Source: Asterionella formosa (lineage: Eukaryota). From it: a stretch of DNA of 64,000 nucleotides. Every line of letters begins with the position of its first letter. Within the stretch, counting starts at the first letter, position 1. The position numbers were made by a program, and so were the translations under genes. The notes beneath the pieces are model-generated. The model saw nothing but the letters and a program-made list of their open reading frames with translations, was not told the DNA's origin and made no database searches. Positions 11,455-23,761 of the stretch are shown here, one piece after another. The stretch lies in NCBI GenBank assembly GCA_002256025.1, contig NKIB01012647.1, positions 1 through 64,000 on the forward strand, in the 5' to 3' direction.

Positions 11455-12308
11455 AGAGCTGGCTTTCTTTCAAAAATGTATGAAACAAAGGACGCTGCTC
11501 ATTGCTTTTTCTGTTATTTGCCTTTTTCTATCTCATACGTAAATGACATGATCGGCTATGTACTGGTACGTGGTAACCAGGGAACCAGGTACCACATCAT
11601 ATTGATCATCATCCAGGATCTTCTGACCTCAGCACGAACAAATTTAACTTTGATATAACTGTAAATAATTTAAACCATTTCGCTTGCTGGCTCGAACGAC
11701 GGTGGGTACCAGGTACCACGAGCAACAAGAAGCCCAGTATCAGTGTGCACGTTTTACGCGTACTATTTCAGTTTCGACTCACTCCCAATGATTCCTCCCA
11801 TGATGCTTAGTACCAGACAGGATACTGGTAAGCTGGCTTTCCATTCCAAACTCTCTCAAGTAACTATCTATGCTGTTAAATTATCATTCTATTGAATCCA
11901 AGTCATGTTCTGATCATCAAAATTGTGTTCACCTACTTCAGCTGGTAATCGCATTACCACAAAACTGTTTGACCAGGTACAGTACTCTAAGTTCATCATG
12001 AAATCATTCTGACCTCACATATCAAATCACTTCAAGTTCTCCTCATCTGTCCTATGGTCCTCCTCTTGTTTCAACTTATTTCATGGGTTATTGTGGTGAT
12101 GTCACTCATGAGGAAGATATATCATATTTACTGTTTCAGGTAGATGTGTGCCAAGAGTTCACAGATGATGTTCTTCTCCGCCCATTTTGGTGAAAACAAG
12201 CATGCAAAATGATGTCATTGCATCATATTTTGTACTGAAAAAAGTTTTTTCAGACACTAAATTAATCTTCCAATGGAAATATAATAGCATACCTGTATGT
12301 ATATACTA

Positions 12309-12359
12309 ACAGGTGATGAGAGAATGCATGACATGATGATGCATTCCCTCATCACCTGT
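12309..12359. repeat. Short palindrome/hairpin immediately 5' of SINE-A copy 1
   Basis: ACAGGTGATGAG(A)GAATGCAT...ATGCATTC(C)CTCATCACCTGT: 21-bp arms with one mismatch. Confidence 0.85.
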
Positions 12360-12362
12360 AAG

Positions 12363-12690
12363 CCAGCAGTGGCTTAGTGGTTTAGCACGGTGCCTTTGAT
12401 CTGAGGTTGTGAGGTTCGATTCCCGCAATTTTTTTAAAAGCAATTGTTCTTGCCTGGTGTGCAAGAAATAGTGGGTTGGCCCCCCCCCCCCCCTACAAGC
12501 AGCTTGTGCCGCCTTCCTACTAGGCGGTCGGAGTTTCCCCTAATGCTGCGGCTAAGATGATCACCTTTCGCAAAAGGTGGTTGGGGACTAACCTACGCTA
12601 ACAAAACTAGGGAAGGACAGGTCTTGCCGGCAGGTAGCACAATGAAAGACTTGCCTAGAAATAGTAGGGGAGTATAAATGGGCTTCACAA
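12363..12690 (+). mobile_element. tRNA-derived SINE, family A, copy 1
   Basis: A box TGGCTTAGTGG and B box GGTTCGATTCC. The body (CACCTTTCGCAAAAGGTGGTTGGGGA...ACAGGTCTTG...GCACAATGAA) is shared with 36696-37023 and 60077-60525. Confidence 0.75.
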
Positions 12691-12974
12691 GCAAGCAACA
12701 TGCTGTCCTTTTTATATAACAGATAGTAATGCCAGCTGAATGGAGTAAAATTAATTTAGCTCGTTCACTTCTTTATTTCTTGTTGACAGCAACCTTTGAG
12801 CTTTAATATGCATGCAACGCAAAATAGATAAAGAGTTCGAAATAGCTATGACAATTATTGTTACATAAATAATGATTCCCTATAGCATTAATTGAATACT
12901 TATGTTTGTATCTATAGTTCAAAACATGAATTAATTCGATTTAACATTGGCTCTCAGTTTTTATGTGGTTCTCG

Positions 12975-13805
12975 TCCCTCTGGTTGAAAATAATTGCGTT
13001 AAATTGCCGGCACCAGCCACTAGTGTCTTCACTGTTTGCATATTAAGGATTGCTTATGTAGCCAACATACCATCTTTCTAGCATGTGAGCAAGGGTCGGA
13101 TTACTCGAAAAAATGCGTTTATTATTATTTGCTCACATAGACGTGAACATACACCCTGTTTCTGTAATTAAATTAATAGCAACTAAATAAATTATTCGAA
13201 ACCAATTTAACATACATGTATTAATTGCGTACAATTGCATATCGCCAATTGCCGTTTTATATTGGCCGGCCACTCAAATATTTGCGGGAAACCGAATACA
13301 ACAAGCCACTATTATAATTATAACTTGAATAGTGTAACTTTCGATCGGTATACTTTCCACGGTTGTTGCACTTACATGGACCATACCGCCGGATATTTAA
13401 CAGTGATTTCCTCAAAACAAGCATGCCGTCATTTTCTTCCTCCTCACCATTGCCACTTTCGGGGTTGCGTATTCTTCCATAATTGAACGCAAGATAACGT
13501 TGTTCTATTGCTATGATATCCTACTTCGTATGTATGTTGAGAATAGATGGTTCGAAGAAAAATGGGTCCTCATGCATGCATCTGGTGCATTTTGCTCGAG
13601 ATAGCCACAAGTGGAAATCGAAAAAGCCCAAAACGTTTTTCTAATACGTAGTTGCCAATTTCAAATTTACTAAATAAATATTATACATAGATCTGTAGCT
13701 CATGTGATTGCGCACATTAGGGCAATTGAGCCGCAGAAAATCGCAGGAATCAAAATTGCCCCAGAGAAATTTAAGAATTGACGCAATTACTTTCAACCAG
13801 AGGGG
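12975..13805. mobile_element. Stowaway-like Tc1/mariner MITE, copy 1
   Basis: TIRs TCCCTCTGGTTGAAAATAATTGCGT and ACGCAATTACTTTCAACCAGAGGGG. Colinear along its length with 46602-47433. Confidence 0.8.
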
Positions 13806-13957
13806 GAAGTACCCCCAAGATATCATAATTGACACACTGTATATGATTTTCGCTGGTAGACGTACACCGCTCTGTGGAAAAATCGAATGGCTGAGGCTAA
13901 CATATTCAGTAGTACTTGGGTATTAGTCGTTGCTCGGGTATGACTTGTTGGTATGCA

Positions 13958-14209
13958 TGATGAGGGAATGGCCTAGTGGGCGGTTAGCACACCTCATGAG
14001 CGAGGTGACGGTTTCGATTCCTGCATTCTCCACATGTCGTTCTTTACGTAGTCCCTTGGATTCGGGCTGTTGTGTGGCTCTTGACAAGGAGACAGGTCAC
14101 ATTGTATCGTACGGACGAATAAAACCGGTACTAGTTGTCCATTCAAGTGGGCACGAGTGCGATTGTTGAATAGCTTTAACATGGCCAAAAAGATTAAATT
14201 GACAATTTA
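13958..14209 (+). mobile_element. tRNA-derived SINE, family B, copy 1
   Basis: tRNA-like head at 13964-14032 (GGGAATGGCCTAGTGG...GTTTCGATTCCTGCATTCTCCA). Flanked by the direct repeat TTGTTGGTATG at 13945-13955 and 14210-14220. Homologous to 36454-36672. Confidence 0.78.
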
Positions 14210-14352
14210 TTGTTGGTATGTAGCTATGATTATGCTGCTAGTTCCGGGTGATATTAAATCCCAATGACTTTGAATGTGAATATAAAGATATGTTTATTCA
14301 TAATTCCTGCAACCAGAAAGGAAAGCGATTTTGCGTTTGGAGAGAATAAAGC

Positions 14353-14385
14353 AAGCAAAGTCAGCAAATTTTGCTGACTTTGCTT
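14353..14385. repeat. Perfect mini-palindrome
   Basis: AAGCAAAGTCAGCAAA-T-TTTGCTGACTTTGCTT: 16-bp arms around one central base. Confidence 0.9.
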
Positions 14386-14565
14386 ACTTTTGCCAGTCAT
14401 TGTCATAGCTTTTTGCCTAGTTCCAAGTATTTGATGTTTTCATGCTTGGAAGCATGAAATGAACATAAACTACATTACTTGGTTGTGGACTTCTTTTCGG
14501 CTGATCAAATCTAAGTTCATTTATAACAGTATACGTGACAGGATTATAATATGTAGATATACTTT

Positions 14566-14620
14566 GGGGCGTTCTTATCATTTTCGATTTAGTATCATAA
14601 TTTTTGAAAAATTATCATGC
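14566..14620 (+). mobile_element. Solo Harbinger-type terminus related to the element ending at 1298
   Basis: GGGGCGTTCTTATCATTTT...TTTTTGAAAA(A)TTATCA here versus GGGTCGTTCTTATCATTTT...TTTTTGAAAATGTATCA at 1298 (minus strand). No partner TIR seen. Confidence 0.55.
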
Positions 14621-14872
14621 ACCGGCTACTCGATTTAATCTGAAAAAATACATTCTCCACAAAAACAAAATTGTATCATCAAAAAGTATCACAAAAATTC
14701 AACGGTTACAGGCTGGCTACAATCATGTGCATATCCTTCCAGGCTTCGCTCCCTTCAGACTATTTTCATAATTTTCCAGTAGTAAACCATGAAAGAAAAC
14801 TATGCGTATTATGTACCACTATAGAATCTATAGTTGAAATACCTGCTAGATTCTTGATTATCGATGATGAGT

Positions 14873-15000
14873 TATTTCCATGATGCATCATAGGATTGTG
14901 ATCATCTGATCATAATTTTTCGTTACATCATCTAATAATTTTGATAAGTGCCCTTGTTATTTAAATAGTAACCCTTTTGACTACATATATTTAATTATTA
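14873..15000 (+). repeat. Left arm of a 128-bp long inverted repeat (partner 21968-22095)
   Basis: TATTTCCATGATGCATCATAGGATTGTGATCATC...TTTAATTATTA matches the reverse complement of 21968-22095 with about 7 substitutions by hand count. Confidence 0.9.
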
Positions 15001-15600
15001 CATGTATTGTTTCTATTAGATTCCTGCATTCGAATTTCTTGGTAGGATAATGTACCAGCTAAAGTAATTTAATTTGGCTCTTCATTTCCATCCGTCCTCA
15101 TCACTCTGATTTTTGCAACAACAACAAAATACTAGCGATGACAAGTGGAATGATTGTTTGCGATAACGACGTCTTCAATTTGTTGGTCAAGTGATCATTA
15201 TGTCGTAGAGTAATTGTCATGTGCAGTGAACCTTTGTTCATAATCATTCAATTAAGAGTTTACAGAGAAGAAATCATTCAAACTCATAATGGTTCCGCAC
15301 ACAGCGCACATTGTAAATCCGTTTATCCGTTTCGTCGACCACCATCATTACAATCTCGCCAATCAACCCGTAAACAAACACATTCTACTTGTTCTCATTG
15401 ACATTTTCAATTCTCACATGATACTACATCTACTATTGAGATTCAGCATAGAAGGAGATACGAAAATGTAACAGACTACTGTCCACAAGATAGCTATAGT
15501 TATAGAATGATTCTGATTACAATTTCTTTTTCATATCGCTTGTTTCTGCATTTGGCATGCTGTACTTGTATTTACTTTTGAACTTGTCAGCATCTCTGAT

Positions 15601-16017
15601 ACCATCAAGAGAGCGAAAGCAAGTGGCTCTCTTCATTGTTGTTTACTTGTAGGAAATATTTGATATACGTATCGTCATTTGCTTGTTGGAACTGTCCATT
15701 GCCTCAAACCTGCTTGGCGTGTGCGTACACACACTGTCGACTTGTTTTCATTGGTATGTTGTTCTTGTATTCACTGTTGAACTTGACCGCATCTTTGTTA
15801 CCATCAATAGAGCGACAAGTGGGTCTCTTCATTGTTGTTTGCTCCTGGAAAAGTCGGTGTCCGTGTCATCCTCATCAATAGAGGGACAAGTGTCCTTCAT
15901 CATTGCGGTTTGCCGATGGAAAAATTGGTACCCATGGTATCGTCATTCGCTCGTTGGAACCACTGTCCGTTGCCTCAAACCTGATTAGCGTGTGTGTATG
16001 TGCACTGTCGACTTGTG
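15601..16017 (+). repeat. Compound tandem repeat (unit A x3, unit B x2)
   Basis: Unit A (CATCAA-AGAG-GA-CAAGTG...TTCATTG) at about 15603, 15802 and 15874. Unit B (GTATCGTCATT-GCT-GTTGGAAC...TGCCTCAAACCTG...CACTGTCGACTTGT) at about 15669 and 15937. Confidence 0.75.
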
Positions 16018-16777
16018 TACATTAAAGGAGTGACTTAGCTACTAAAGTGCGTGTTATAATATCATACTCCGTAGTACGATGCAGAACACTACAGTTCCCA
16101 GAAATCATATCATCATGATTGATAAGATGATAATGTGATATCACGATAGGGTTACATCGATGCATACATCACCAAAGTATGATACGTAATATTGAATAAA
16201 GTATATCACAAAGCTATGATGCATTGATCATAGAACTGTGATGATTTCTTAAAATGTTTATGATATATTTTTAATCAAAATATGATCATGTTAAAATAAT
16301 ACAATGACAATAAAATACGATAAAATACGTACGCAAGTGTTATCGATACATCATAGAAGATAAATAAATCATAGAGTATGTTTCTTAATATATAAATTCG
16401 ACTTTTAATATATACAGTAAAAGCCAACAGTTAATATGATAGTATTATACGGTGGATAGGATCTAAGTATATGGATGCGTTGATATGTACATCACTATAA
16501 TATGATTTGTGATATGGATTGATGCATATCACATACTGGTATCCTCAACAACCCGTCATCACGTTCATTGTCGTGTCGTTTTTCCTTGTTATAGCTGTAT
16601 TTATGCCGGCATGTGTATTGTGTAAACACTACGCTGGCGGAACATGCATATTACACTGCTGTGCTCTGTTCAACAATTACTACACTCGGTTACCATCACA
16701 CCAGTTCCACCACCACAAGCGCCGCAAAAAGCTCCGCATTTCTCTCCCACTGTTTTACATCATAGTCTTCTGGCCCT

Positions 16778-18810
16778 TTGATAACTTTCCAAATGGCATT
16801 TCACGGATTTCATGGAAAGGATCAGTCAAACAAGAAACGTGACTTACTTCCATTGTTTACACTACACGATTTTATGTTTTCGGAAAAGAAGATGAAGAAA
16901 CTTTTGAAATCAATCGAAGATTCCTTTGAATACACTCAAATAACAGATGAATTTGAACAGATTCATAATACTCCAGAAAAAATAATGAAGTATGCCGATG
17001 CAATAGTGGCAGAGATTGAAAAGAAGGAAAGATTGCTTTCGAAGAGGAAACCCAAACAGTTGTTCTCCGTGGATGAAGACTCTATTACTACAGAGTCACA
17101 GTTCCATCCAGTGTCGTATTTTGCTCCTCATTCTCATGAAATCGCTGATAATGAAGAAGAACTCAGTGATTCTCATTCATTTGATGAACAAGTTCATACG
17201 AGGAATGAGAATACCGGCGGAAATGTGGCAGACATCACTTCTGAAGTAGAAATGGTTTTAAGCAGAGAAACTATTGCATTTCTCAAAGAAAGGTATTCAA
17301 GATAAAGTCCGAGCTAGATCAAGAACTCGAATTCGGCCAAGAAGATCAATGCAGACAGAGATGTGATGCTGGCTAAGGCAGTTGATGCACTGAGTCGGGA
17401 ACGAAGTTTGAAGCACAAAATTGAAACCATTTCCAAATCACACATGGAAGAAAAAGATTAGGATTTATTGTAAAATCATCGAGAATAATCCCGAAGGCAG
17501 CTAGCTACTTTTGTGAAGAGTCAGCATGTGAAATGTGTAGAGTTATTATGCCAAAGCAAACGGCATTTTCCTTGAGTTTGCCGAAATCTCATGGACAACT
17601 AAAATTGTGGAAAGAATTGTAGATTTGTACACTCGTACCCCACAAGAAATATGCAATTACGCCTCTGTATTTTATGGATTCAAAGGTATCAAAAAATCAT
17701 CTTCAGATTTTAAAGATCTTGCATATTGGGACCTTGAAACAATTACCTCTATGATCCATTATATAATTCATTAACTTCATCCAAATGATGTAAAGGTTAT
17801 ATTTGATCTGGATGAGAACCCAGAAAAGGGTAATAACAATCCATATATATACCAAGGTGATTGTCATCCACTTCATCATGACAGTAGCTATGTGCTAATT
17901 GTTTATTGCAAAAGATGAGATGAGGAGGAAAACAACCATTTTGTGCAAAATCGTTTTGCTATAAATGATGGATTATGTCAAGTCCGTGATCCAGGAAAAG
18001 ATGCAAGTTTGGATGAAAATTATGATCAAGTATTTCACCTTGCCCGTAAGTACTGCATCATCCCTGGATGCACGAAACAATTGGAATTGTTATGCACCGA
18101 TACAGGATATCTTCCACAAGAATACCATACACCTGAAGAAATTGGTTTATCTGAATCTTTCTAAACTGGTACCAAAGCACGGCACCATTGCATATCATTA
18201 TATCCACTGAACATGATTTCATGTTATTTCAACCAGAAGATGATAGTGGATGGTCAGTGTACCATTCACAATTGTGAAAGTATTGGAAAATCTTTTGCAA
18301 CTAGAAAGAATGGCAAAACCAACATCTGACCCACCAACCAAGTCAACATACTTTCATCTTGGAACAGTTTGGCCTCAAGTGACAACGACAATTTCTCGTG
18401 AGGATATGTTTCAGTTGGAAATAACTGTTCTTCAATTTTGTATCGACAAAATTTTGAGCTGCTATTTAGATTTAAAAATGTTGAATGATGTATTTGGACG
18501 ACTTCCTTGCAATTCATCTTTCAAGAAGGATGATGTTGTCAACGTGAAATCCATGATCCAACAAATGAATGCAAAAATTGCTCCCTTCAAATGGTATAAT
18601 CATGCACCTCTTGGCCAAATTACTGGATGCATCAAAAATGACAAAAAAATGAAATAATATTTTGTAACTGATGATAGCTCTTCTGGAATCAATTTGAAAA
18701 AGTTTACGGACTCATATCGAACTGCAGTTGAAAAGTGGAGAAGCAAAATTCCGGACGAAACGAGAAGGACCATCTTAGGTTTGTTGGGAGTGAAAAAGAA
18801 CAAATAATGG
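16778..18810 (+). pseudogene. Decayed coding sequence of unknown type inside the inverted-repeat-bounded block
   Basis: Chain of same-strand, protein-like ORF fragments (16778-17305, 17943-18164, 18250-18657) broken by stops and frameshifts. No motif recognised. Confidence 0.4.
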
Positions 18811-18936
18811 ACCATTTGGATCATCCAATGTCATCATTCGTTAGGAAATTGTAGTTTGTGAAAACCTCACAATAACCAATATAATATGTGAAACTATATT
18901 GTTACCAATATTTTTTATATTATTCTTTTATCTTTA

Positions 18937-19740
18937 TCAACGTTCGCTTGTTAGTTTTTGGTCCCAACCGATTGATTTGCACAAATGACGACGTGGAGGC
19001 ATGACAACATAAAAATTATCTTTCTGTATGTGTTCCAAAACTTCTTGCGGTTTCAGAGATTTCCTTGATTCCTGTGGTTTCAAAGCAGGAACAACAAATG
19101 CTGCCGAAAGTATGTTATGAAATTCAACAACGCTCAATTCAGTTATATCATTGCATAAGGTGTCTCCTCTTGCAAAATACATACGTTTATGAATTTTCAT
19201 TTCAGTTGAACTCTCAAGGAACGAATGCACGCTAAGAGAATGATTGTTGTGTTGGAGAAAATAACATTTCCCCAAAGAAGTAGTTTTTCATTAGCTGTGG
19301 TAGGAACTTGATCAATATCCCTTCTCCCAGTTCACTTCGACCCAGTCAAACCAATCACGACCAGAGATTCCTGCATTTGAATCATTATTCCATTTCGGAT
19401 GGCATCTCAAAATAGTAGTTTGGCCGGGAACGTCACTTTCAATTTCATCATGATAATAAAAGTCAATCCTTACAATGGAAACAGGCCCAACACTATCTTC
19501 AAGACTTTTAATTCTTGCTATTTCTATTGCTGAATTCGCAATGCTCTTTACGTAGTTGGCCCCCTTCGGTAAATCAGGATGAACCAATTGAGACAAGGGT
19601 GCATCTTACTCCGTGATACATGCCCAATCTTATTAGGGACACCTGCTATAGTCCATAGACCATTTGATGATGAAGCAGGGAATTGAACTTTAACAGGAAG
19701 GGATGGTGAATGGATCTTGGTAGGCGATATTCCCAAATTA
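18937..19740 (-). pseudogene. Plavaka/CMC-like transposase C-terminal remnant
   Basis: ILRCHPKW...RDWFDWVEVNW followed by LSVVEFHNILSAAFVVP...VVMPPR resembles Plavaka-type C-termini. An in-frame stop lies near 19312. Confidence 0.5.
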
Positions 19741-21299
19741 TCAGGCGAGGTACTACTAGCTAGGCAACATCCTTGTATCCGGAATCATTCCTTCGAAATC
19801 AATTTCTGTTGAAATACCCTCGCTCAGTTACGTTGATATGTACTACTTTACTCATCTTCTTTTGTTTGTTTTCTGTATGTAATGTATCACTTGCCAAAAA
19901 AAATTTCGTGCCAAGGAAAACTGCCTTTTATCATATGACCTTGCTTGTTAAAATGTCATGCTTATAGGCAGGACAAGCCGTGGAGAACCCTTTTTAACAG
20001 TAGACAAATCTGGTGTGACCAGATTTCAACTCAGTCTTCGGGCACAGTGTGAATTGCGATCACGTTTTGTTGGTTCGCTGATCAATGCCAGTACAGAAGC
20101 ATTTTGCTTCTTGGTGCTGAAAGGAAAATTCCGATTGCAACAAAAATATTTGGGTTTTCAATCCAGATACGCAGGAAATTTCAGAGAATGATATTCGTCA
20201 TTCTACTGATTTTGTCGACATTGGTGGGAAACCAATTATCAAAAAAATTGTGAGCAAGGGAAGAAAGTTCAGTTTCAAATGGTCTCACTGATCAATGGAC
20301 TGATGATTTACTCGGTTATTATACTAAGGAAATCTACACTGGACTCTCACGACAAAAGAATCGATCTGAATATGGAAGGAATCCTAGTGGGATAGCTACT
20401 TCCACCTCAAATATCATCTACCCACACTCATACTTCTCATTTCCCCCCAACATAAATGAAGATGATATGCATCAATATGTTGAACCACTTCAACCAAATG
20501 CTCCTGAGAAGAATATTGATTACAATGAACGCATTCATCAACGGGACATTGATGACGATGTTGATTTTGAATGGATCTAATAGAATCCAATGCATGCTTA
20601 GTAGTTACATAATAAATATAGTTAGTGTGAGACTTCTACAATGCACAAACCATATCGTAGATGTTAGGAAAACATTGATGTTGCTCTATACTACTAGTAG
20701 TGGCGCCTGTACTGTATGTAGTGGTATGCCTCCATTTTTACTACTATGGTGGAGTGATAATTTCACGACTCTGTATTGTCCAGCACAGCATGATTGGAGT
20801 GATGCTAAATTTATTTTTAATAATTCATTTTCATTATATCCTGTTCATATCCTGACTTTGTCATCATTTGAAATTTGCAATGTCTTTGCGGACATTGCCA
20901 TGGTGTTATCTGTGTAACTACAAATTTCGGAAAAACAAATCCCCATCTGAGTCTCACAATCGAAATTGTAGCAACTGTGTTTTCTATGCATATGGTCACT
21001 GTCGACATTACATGCAAGAACATCGAGTTCCTGGAATACATAATGAAACTATGTATTGCGGTAGTGCATCGAATCATTCAAGGAAAGAAGTTAATGGCAG
21101 TGTAACTGCTGCAGCATTTAGGGAGAGTAGACAACAAGAAGAGATTATGTGTCCTTTCCTTGAATCAAGTGGCCACAATCATCCATTTCACGACGACAGG
21201 ACGATTCAGTTTATAACAATATTCAGTCACAACAAGACGAACAATTGAGACTAAAAACTCTCCAAGGATTGAATTCAGAGACCATGCAATATTCAGATT

Positions 21300-21773
21300 T
21301 CCAAGATCACACCGGCTTTCTCCCTGAAAATGCAATGGAAATGCCCCTTCCTCCTCAATTTCAACTTCCAAGTAAACATTCCCTAAACATGCGCGCATCC
21401 AATCGAATTAGAAATCATGTTATTCCTTAACGAGAATTACTTTCCACCAGTTTACTTTGATCATCTAATGAAATGGCTGTTCAAGGCAAAAGCAATGAAA
21501 TATTTTGATGGAAGGTATCAACCTCCATCTTACCAGACTTTGAAGAAACGCATGGATGTTTCATTTCCACAAACATTAACTGGTGAACAACTGTTGACCA
21601 AACAAATACAGATTGATAACAATTCAAACATGATCATCCCACGCAAACTCCATTATTTCGAACCAATACAGCTCATGGCAGCATTGCTACGCGATTCCGA
21701 TACCATGCAACATTTTGTATGTCACCCACAAGTGAAACTTACAACTTGTGGAGAACGCATATATGACGAGTGA
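21300..21773 (+). pseudogene. Plavaka/CMC-like transposase N-terminal remnant (truncated)
   Basis: PVYFDHLMKW...PPSYQTLKKRM...YFEPIQLMAALLRD resembles the segment preceding the Plavaka core. It ends abruptly at ...GERIYDE. Confidence 0.4.
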
Positions 21774-21967
21774 AAATGTCAACAAGAACAAGTAGAATGT
21801 GTTTGTTTACAAGTTGCTTTGCGAGATAGTCATGCTGGTGGTTGACGAAACGGAGTTAGTATTTGCGCTGTGTGCGGAACAATTCCGCGTTTGAATGATT
21901 TCTTCTCTGTAAACTCTTAATTGAATGATTATGAACATAGATTTACTGCACATGACGGAAAAAAATA

Positions 21968-22095
21968 TAATAATTAAATATACATAGTCAAAAGGGTCAC
22001 TATTTAAATTACAAGGGCATTTATCAAAATTATTAGATGATATAACGAAAAATTATGATCGGATGATCACAATCCTATGATGCATCATGGAAATA
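21968..22095 (-). repeat. Right arm of the 128-bp long inverted repeat (partner 14873-15000)
   Basis: Reverse-complement match to 14873-15000. Confidence 0.9.
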
Positions 22096-22576
22096 TGATG
22101 GTTTTTATTTGCAGACATCCTTTTCTGAAAAGGCCTGCTCAAATATCAAATGACTGTTGAAAACAACAGCATATCAGCATGAATTATCCCTCGCTTGGTG
22201 ATATGATAGCAAAAATAGCAAGCAAATAAATCTTACCTTAAAAGCATCGATTGCTTATGATCTCAATGTTGCATCATTCCACCTTCTGTTGTTGCAACAA
22301 ACAATATGTAAGTTATTGGCTGATGAAGGATTTGTTAATGATGGTGAGGCGCTGAAAAGCTAGAAGGGGGATGCTGGTTTTAAGGGTCGTCCCCATGTTG
22401 AAAACATTTTGTGCACAGTGGTGGTTAAATGTTGTCTTTATGAATTCAGATGGTCAAAAATCCTGGCGCAGCCATGACTTAATCTTTGTACCAACAGAAC
22501 CTACAATCTACACGAAAAAACCTGGCGCAGTCTTACTTCGTCGGGACGAATTCTGATGCTACAAGTGTGACCATAA

Positions 22577-23705
22577 GGTTACGGTCCCGGCGTAACCCTA
22601 GTTTGGAGAAAATATCGCTAGGGTTGTAAAAACGGCGTGGAACAGGGAGTTTCCTACTATGAATTCCCATGATTCGAGTGTACATTTGAATATTTGAATT
22701 AAATATGAATCGGCGCCAGATTGATAGAGTTCCATTTTAAACAAAAAATAATGATTTTTAAAAGTTAATACTATATCCTCATCGCTGAATGTAGACATGA
22801 TTCTGCTCAACGCCAAAACACATAAATAGATCAGGAGTACGCCAACATGTATGCTCATGGTTCGTGTTTATACGTTATATTGAATCTACGCTGCTGCATG
22901 TAGGGTTGATAAAAATCACTAAGGTACCGAATTACCAAAGTACCGGTGTACCCGTAGTACATAATCTCGGTTCATGACGATGGAAGACAGGATGAAACTA
23001 GTACCGGTGTACCGGTACTGATTTTACCTGATGGTAAGGTAATTCTAATTTGTGTGGCTGGCGTGATTTTACAAGACCGGAATACTTCAGCCAATCTGGA
23101 GCAGGTAAGTAAATTCAATTCAATCAATCAGAATATGTGTAGTCACGCGGCAACGTACCCTGGAGTCTTTTCGGACTGAGAATTATTCAGTGAAACATAC
23201 CTACGCAAGACTCTAAGTCAACAAGAACGTTTTGCACATACAAATTCCGATTCCAATATTTTGGCGACACTTGAAAAAGCCGATCGGGTCGACTTTTTGG
23301 AGGAGGATTGCTCTACATCTGCTTGGTTTCGTCAAGATTAAAGTAGATAGCCATGTACCCTATAACGTCAGGAGTTAACTTCTGGAGAGAAACTGCAGTT
23401 ATGTATCGTAGATTTTTAGAAAAGCTTCGTAGCCCCTTTTTTGACTATTTTTGCGATAGTTACAGATCTACGGACTGTTTCTTCCAGAAATGAGGTCCTT
23501 GCCACATCTGCATATAGATCATATCCCTAAGCAAGTCAAGCAATGACTGTATCTAAGCATATGCAAAGTGGTCATATTGGTGAAAGCTAATTTTACCTTT
23601 AACTATTCCATGTAGTTGTACGTACTGTGTGGATTACTAAGGTACATCATAAAATTATTTTGGGAAAAAACGGACCTCGCAATGTGTAACTGCGGGGCCG
23701 CAACC
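22577..23705 (+). mobile_element. Non-autonomous TIR DNA transposon, Kolobok-like, copy 1
   Basis: Ends ATAA|GGTTACGGTCCC and GGGGCCGCAACC|TTGA, i.e. GG...CC termini in a decayed TTAA context. Colinear with the reverse complement of 62283-63238. Confidence 0.65.
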
Positions 23706-23761
23706 TTGAATAAAAATGACGAGGAGGAGAGGACACAGCCAATGGTTACTCTTAATATATT

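Noticed and set aside
8725..11658. Overlapping and antisense ORFs of 100-200 aa within the CTL genes and other long CDSs
   Set aside because: Shadow frames of real genes with no independent motifs.
12363..12426. Functional tRNA genes at 12363, 13964, 36456, about 36960-37020 and about 60462-60523
   Set aside because: No canonical 7-nt anticodon loop or full cloverleaf. They are embedded in dispersed repeats, four of five with TSDs, so they were called SINE heads.
15601..16017. CRISPR-like array
   Set aside because: Units are long, degenerate and duplicated as blocks without unique spacers. The context is eukaryotic and no cas-like ORF is present.
16778..21773. Fanzor/TnpB-like RNA-guided nuclease inside the large element
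   Set aside because: No RuvC motifs or terminal zinc-ribbon plus DxNAA-type motif could be found by eye. An HMM search would be needed to exclude a highly decayed copy.
22598..22858. Conserved small proteins MSIHVG... (22598, 62945) and ...LLQTSCSIF... (6141, 38803)
   Set aside because: The similarity reflects copies of non-coding repeats. Indels and composition do not indicate coding constraint.
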